Source: Bispira polyomma (taxonomy: Eukaryota). From it: a stretch of DNA of 64,000 bases. The stretch covers positions 3,224,001 to 3,288,000 of the forward strand of contig OZ287761.1 of assembly GCA_965649765.1 (NCBI GenBank), given 5' to 3'. The translations under genes and the position numbers were made by a program. Shown here in pieces: positions 57,721-64,000 of the stretch (positions within the stretch are counted from its first letter, which is position 1; each line of letters opens with the position of its first letter). The notes beneath the pieces are model-generated. The model was not told the origin of the DNA, made no database searches, and saw nothing but the letters and a program-made list of their open reading frames with translations.

Positions 57721-60700
57721 ATGTTTGCAGTAAAGTCAAATCCCCTCCTTGAGAACTTTCTTGAGTCTATTTCTCTTTCATGTGGAAAAATAACCTTAAT
57801 CCTGGAAAAGGGATTTTCTCTTTTAAAATCTGACCTGTTATGTGGAAATCCTGGTTACGTAGAGGTATATTTCTCCTGGCTTTTCAACATGTAGGACACA
57901 TAATATTCTTGTAAACAATCGTATTTGTCAATATACTGTTGTAGGTAACGGAGGTGGTGACCTCCAGGCATCTCTGCACAGGTTCGACATTTATTGTACA
58001 AATGAGACAAGGAACCTCATGGTCTTGTACTAACTGGGCCATGCATCTCTGACTCTACTTAACACCCAATGCTATACACCCAGTGTAAAGACTTCCCACA
58101 AAGAAATTCCTGATCTGTTTTGCGATAATATGCATAGTAGTATAAATCAATAAGAAAATATTAATAATTAGGGACAGTGAAATTAAGTTCATCAATTTGA
58201 ATACGTAGAGATTATAATTTCGGATAATAGGGTTCTTTTGTAAAAATTAGTAATAACTCTGATTTGATTTTTAAAAATAATAAAGTTATGATTATAAAAA
58301 GTAACACTTTAAGATTCCTTTTTATCTAAATATATTATTTTTATTATGGTTAATATTAAGCAGTACTAGCATTGATTATTTAAAAGATAATTCAAGTTAT
58401 TTTAATTGGAATTGAACTAAATTAATTGTCACTCTTGGCCACTTCGAGCTATAAAAGCTCAATGTCAATTTATATTTGTTACTGGAAATTAATCCGACGA
58501 AAACGGCCTAATTTCGACAAAAACGGGTCAAATTATATCAAATTTCATAAGTAGTGACTCCTAAATTTTAACTTGAATTTCTCAGCTATTATACAATATA
58601 ATCCCCTATACTTACCGAGTATTTAATCAATAATCCCCACTGTAAAAACTTGCATTTTGAACAATTTTGGAAACACAGTCGAACTTAAACTAACGATATC
58701 TTCATTACCATTTAATTTGAATTGAACTTCGTGACACACGTCACAAAGTACTCAATCAGAACTTTCTGATGACACCAAAACAAATATGTTAGGTGAAGCA
58801 TTTATATAGATATAGTAGCCCCAAAATAATGGCGCAATGACTGGGTGTGCAGTATAAAAAGCTATTATTACAAAAGACGTTTTCAGCATTTTCCATGAAA
58901 TTCTCATTTAAATATTGTAGTTGAAGTTATGACTGGTCAGGATACATCTATAATATTCATAAAATAAAGCCACTTCGCGATATAAATCATGCATGACTTA
59001 CTTAAACTTTTAAAGCTTTATGTTTAAAAGTGGACCCATTTTCGTCAAAAAGTAGCTGTTTTCGCGGTAGTTATTGGATGTGTTTTATGTGACAACAATG
59101 AGGTATAATTAACCCAGCAAGATTATACATGGGTGGTATGAATTCTAGACAGAATTTAATGTTTTTACTTAAATTTAAGTATGTCGCATAGGATATAATA
59201 AAAAGTCAAATATACTGAAATAGGTATACATGAAACACTTGTCATACATCAATATGAATGAAAAAAAAAATCTTTTGACAGATTCTTTAAAATAAGGTTT
59301 TAAATTTGTTTATACGTGGTATGAATTCTAGACAGTTTGGCGGCTAAGAGAAAGTGCAAGGCTGAGTGTCACCTAGGGATTCAATGTGCAGAAATAGCAT
59401 ATCTCTATGCTTCTTCATCTTATTTTCTGTTATTATTTTTTTTTTCACAACTTTATTATTAAATCTGAAATAAACAATATTTTATCAGGTCACTACTTTG
59501 CCACCACAAGATATAAGTAGATATATTTGAAACACTTATATGCAAATGCAATATATAGGACCAACTTGTATATCTATATATTTAAATTATGATTTATTCT
59601 ATATTTTGTCACTTTTTTTTTAGTAAGAAGACATTCAGTAGTGCAAAATAAATAATAAAATAATGTTAGTTTGACATGGTAGTTTCTGTGTATTTCCTGT
59701 TATTTACATATGATTTTATTTATTGGCTAGGATTCGTACTAGCCAGAATTCTTACCACCCGTGTACTGCTAAATTTATGACACCATGTGCACACTGAAGA
59801 AATACAACAAAAGCTTACTTTTTACCAACTTCTACAAAGTAATTTAAAATGTTTTCCATTATATCCACAAGATAACGTTTCAATCGTATATGTTTCCATT
59901 CCCTGTAAAGAGCTTTACTCCCCACATTTAAACTAACCATTTGTGTGACGTCACAACCAGCTGACATAACGATCATTTTGAAACGTGAGTACCCTTGTTT
60001 TGTTTAGCTCTTGCGTTTATTTGACGTGTTATTGCTTTTAACTCTTGCATATTTTGCCATTTTTTTTGTAAATACGTCCAAGTTTACTGGGTCGCGACTA
60101 TCGTGAAACTACGGACGACACGTTTACGCCTACATTTTTTTTCTTTCCAGCTATCTATATTTTGCACCCTTTTCCCGTAACTTCATGTGACCTTTTGGTG
60201 TCTAGAAGTTTCCATATAGTTATTTCGCTGTTAAAGTCAGGGGTTTCGCTGGATATATATTTTCCAGGATATCCAGACTTACTATTCAAAAACTGAGGAT
60301 GCTGAGGACATGGCTAGTGTGCTCAACTTTATGTACAGTGTCCCTACAGACGGGAGCAGTGCCATCACACTTAGAGGTTAGTGACCAAGATGTAGACTAG
60401 TGTACTCCACTTTATGTACAGTGTTTTCACACCTAGAGGTTAGTGACCAGGATGTAGACTAGTGTACTCCACTTTATGTACAGTGTTATCACACCTAGAG
60501 GTTAGTGACCAGGATGTCGACTAGTGTACTCCACTTTATGTACAGTGTTATCACACCTAGAGGTTAGTGACCAGGATGTAGACTAGTGTACTCCACTTTA
60601 TGTACAGTGGCATCACACCTAGAGGTTAGTGACCAGGATGTAGACTAGTGTACTCCACTTTATGTACAGTGTCATCACACCTAGAGGTTAGTGACCAGGA

Positions 60701-63460
60701 TGTAGACTAGTGTACTCCACTTTATGTACAGTGTTATCACACCTAGAGGTTAGTGACCAGGATGTCGACTAGTGTACTCCACTTTATGTACAGTGTCCCT
60801 ATAGAAGGAAGCAGTATCATCACACCTAGAGGTTAGTGACCAGGATGTCGACTAGTGTACTCCACTTTATGTACAGTGTTATCACACCTAGAGGTTAGTG
60901 ACCAGGATGTCGACTAGTGTACTCCACTTTATGTACAGTGTCATTACACCTAGAGGTTAGTGACCAGGATGTAGACTAGTGTACTCCACTTTATGTACAG
61001 TGTCATCACACCTAGAGGTTAGTGACCAGGATGTAGACTAGTGTACTCCACTTTATGTACAGTGTCATCACACCTAGAGGTTAGTGACCAGGATGTAGAC
61101 TAGTGTACTCCACTTTATGTACAGTGTTATCACACCTAGAGGTTAGTGACCAGGATGTAGACTAGTGTACTCCACTTTATGTACAGTCTTATCAGACCTA
61201 GAGGTCAGTGACCAGGATGTAGACTAGTGTACTCCATTTTATGTACAGTGTCCCTATAGAAGGAAGCAGTATCATCACACCTAGAGGTTAGTGACCAGGA
61301 TGTAGACTAGTCTACTCCACTTTATGTACAGTGTCCCTACAGAAGGGAGCAGTGTCATCACAGCTACAGGATAGATTATAAATATTTACTAATACCAGGG
61401 CCCGTATTCACGAAAGGACTTAGCCAGGTCTTAGGCTTAAATCAGTATACTTTTGTGCTAGATTTAAGCCTAAGATCTGGCTAAGTCCCTTCGTGAATAT
61501 GGGCCCAGAGGGATATGTTGTCCAATCTGCTAACTGAGAGTTAGTACTCTCTAATAATGTTATTTTCTTCAGTTTGCAATCTTATTGCATCCCTTCAGTT
61601 TAATCCAGTGTTTGTATTTTTATGCGAAGAACATGCACTTCTGAAGAGTAACAACATCCTCTGTAACTGAAAGGCCTTTCTTAAGATACAATAAAAGGCT
61701 GTACTTGAATACAACTGACAGAAACCCCTATTGTCCCATCATTTTTGGAAAGTTGACATTTTCTTTGGATGAAAGAAGGTTTGCAGCATAGAAGCTACAA
61801 AAAATACAACAAAATTAAGAAAACGTGAATTTGGGCTGGTGAAATTGAGTGGATTATATATGACCTAATATTCAGCTACAAAGAGGGTCTATTGTATGCC
61901 AAAAATAAATCGAAACATTCAGTAACAACTTGTAACAAAGTATAGTCAGAGTATTCAGTATGGTGGTATTAACAAAGTATAGTCAGAGTATTCAGTATGG
62001 TGGTATTAACAAAGTATAGTCAGAGTATTCAATATGGTGGTAGTAACAAGGTATAGTCAGAGTATCACAGTCACTGCCATCGGGCATGGCCAGTCAGTCG
62101 CGGAAATTTAGACTTTTACTGTATTCCCTGGTGACCAAGAGCATAGCGGTCGTTGGGGTTCAAAACTTTGTAATCAGCAATATAGGGCCTATTCTTCACA
62201 TTGTAACCCAAAGTCTAAGGGTACACACGGCAAGGCGATAAAATTCCTCCCACCCTCCCTACAGTTTTTCAGTTGTGCACTTGGATGCGTCTGAATTGGC
62301 ACCCGTGTAACGGTCGATCGTTCCCCTCATAAACTTGCTCTTGGCGTGGCTGCCAAGAGAATTCGGAGCTCTGCGGGGTATGACCGGACGCTGCTAGGCG
62401 TGTTGGTGTCGAAGACTGCCGACTTTTGACGTACCCCTGTGCACTTTGATTTTCTGAACATTTTTTCTTTTAATTCTCTTGCAGCATGTTCTCTTGGTTT
62501 CTAGAGTGATCAGACATTGTGCATGTATTTCAAGTGTATATTATTCTTTGACCGAAGATGTCGAACTTTTATCTGTAACTTTTAATTATGTTTATACGTC
62601 TCCCCATTGTGGGCTGTTTATGGCAAAATATTATGCTTTTTCACAAGCTTTATGCCCCTTTTTTGGGATGCGTGAACAGTTATTACTTGACATTTAGTAG
62701 CCTTGTTATGGTTAATTTATGCTAGATCAGCAAAATGTTATGCTTTTTCACAAGCTTTATGCCCCTTTTATGGGACGTGTGAACAGTTATTATTTGATGT
62801 TTAGTAGCCTTGTTATGGTTAAATTATGCTAGATTTGCATATGTTTTAATTTTATTTCCCTTTATTTGTGGGGACATGTGAGCCGTAATGGCCTTTTAAA
62901 ATTTTAATGAATGGAAATTCCATTAAAATTCTGTACAGATGTAAAAATTAAAAATGTAAATAAAGATACTCCAAACTGCATCACATCTTTCTCAACTAAC
63001 CAACTTAATACTACTTTTAAGGCCAATCATGTGATAACATCCCATAAGACATATCTGGGTTTGCGAGATTGTTCAGCATGGTGGTAGTAACAAAGTATAG
63101 TCAGAGTATTCAGTATGGTGGTAGTAACAAAGTATAGTCAGAGTATTCAGTATGGTGGTATTAACAAAGTATAGTCAGAGTATTCAGTATGGTGGTATTG
63201 AATTCTTGTGTTTTTATATTGCAGGTGATTCATTGCATAAACCAGGATCATCAGAAGATAACGTTCAGCAAGGTTCATCAAAGAATAAGGTTCAACCAGG
63301 AACATCCAAGGATATGGTGGAGATCCAGCAGTTCTATAAAGCTGAAACTTCAACGCAAGCTTCAATCAAGCTGCCCAGAATCACTTTTAAACGCCTTAAA
63401 TCCAAAGTTGAGAGAAAATTGGGCAGGATTGGAAAGCTATTCTCCTGTTTAAAAACTTAA
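57721..63460 (+). CDS. Putative small uncharacterised protein (exons 57721-57864, 60268-60376, 63225-63460; about 160 aa)
   Basis: Phase-consistent GT-AG chain (0, 1); acceptors TTTTCCAG and TTTTTATATTGCAG; ends KLGRIGKLFSCLKT*. No recognised homology; start uncertain. Confidence 0.4.
59126..59765. mobile_element. MITE with CA(C/T)GGGTGG ends and TA flanks (related short forms near 11360-11470, 19160-19285)
   Basis: TACATGGGTGGTATGAATTCT ... AGAATTCTTACCACCCGTGTA. Confidence 0.55.
60310..61370 (+). repeat. 62/83-bp tandem array (about 16 units) spanning a splice donor
   Basis: GAGGT(T/C)AGTGACC recurs at 60374, 60436, ... 61284; units nearly identical. Confidence 0.95.
61934..63200. repeat. 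37-bp minisatellite in two blocks (61934-62066, 63078-63200) split by about 1 kb of other sequence
   Basis: Unit AACAAAGTATAGTCAGAGTATTCAGTATGGTGGTATT. Confidence 0.85.
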
Positions 63461-64000
63461 GATAAAAGACAGAACTTCCACTTTTATTTTTTTAGTTTTG
63501 ATTGTGGTATGTGTAACCTCTTGTCAGTATTAATTGTCCTGTGAAAATGATTGACCTATTTTTTAGAATAGTATTGAGAATTGCTCCGACGTAGTATTTA
63601 TTATTAAAAGTTCCATTAGTTTGATGCAGTTAAATATATCAGTATTTTTGTTGAGAAAATTATTATTTATCATTTGTCTGTTAAAAGTTCCATTATTTTA
63701 ATCCTAGATATATGCAGTTAAATATACCAGTATTTTTGAAGAACAAATTAGTATTATCATTTGTCTGTTAAAAGTTCCATTATTTTGATGGTAGATATAT
63801 TAGCATTTTTGTTTAATAAAAGATGGACACTTAGCGTAATCGTGTGTAATATATTGCAGTTGTTTTCAAATTGCAAGCATTTTTTTATTGTAGTAATAAT
63901 TTATATTTCAGCCAAACAGTATTATGTCTTTGATACGTTTCCATACTTTTGTCTTAGTTCAGTTCTGTAGTAAGCCGTAATGTCTTACGGTAGTTCAGTT

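Noticed and set aside
60310-61370. CRISPR-like regular array
   Set aside because: No unique spacers and no cas genes; a eukaryotic tandem repeat derived from an exon-donor junction.

Overview
AT-rich, intron-rich animal genomic DNA, probably from a lophotrochozoan such as a mollusc (judged only from the repeat types). I assembled four genes by hand from GT-AG sites and phase continuity. (1) A 19-exon minus-strand gene (30418 to 1410, about 2,090 aa) encodes a Ser/Tyr/Arg-rich N-terminus, three I-set Ig domains, a truncated fourth Ig and a long Glu/Val/Thr-rich tail, i.e. a titin/stretchin-like muscle protein. (2) RPS26 (minus, 4 exons, TCT/5'TOP start) carries four intronic copies of a box H/ACA snoRNA whose 3' pocket matches a conserved 28S rRNA site. 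(3) An orphan minus-strand gene has a 1.4-kb acidic/Asn/Gly-rich exon. (4) A small plus-strand gene is called with low confidence. Introns hold tRNA-derived SINEs, several MITE families, a Helentron-like element and LINE fragments. Most notable: a 5'-truncated LINE sits inside a coding exon at an AG|GT site, and its 14-bp target-site duplication supplies in-frame splice sites (candidate intron gain). Also, tandem duplications of exon-intron junctions recur at about 10 boundaries, creating arrays of decoy or alternative splice sites.
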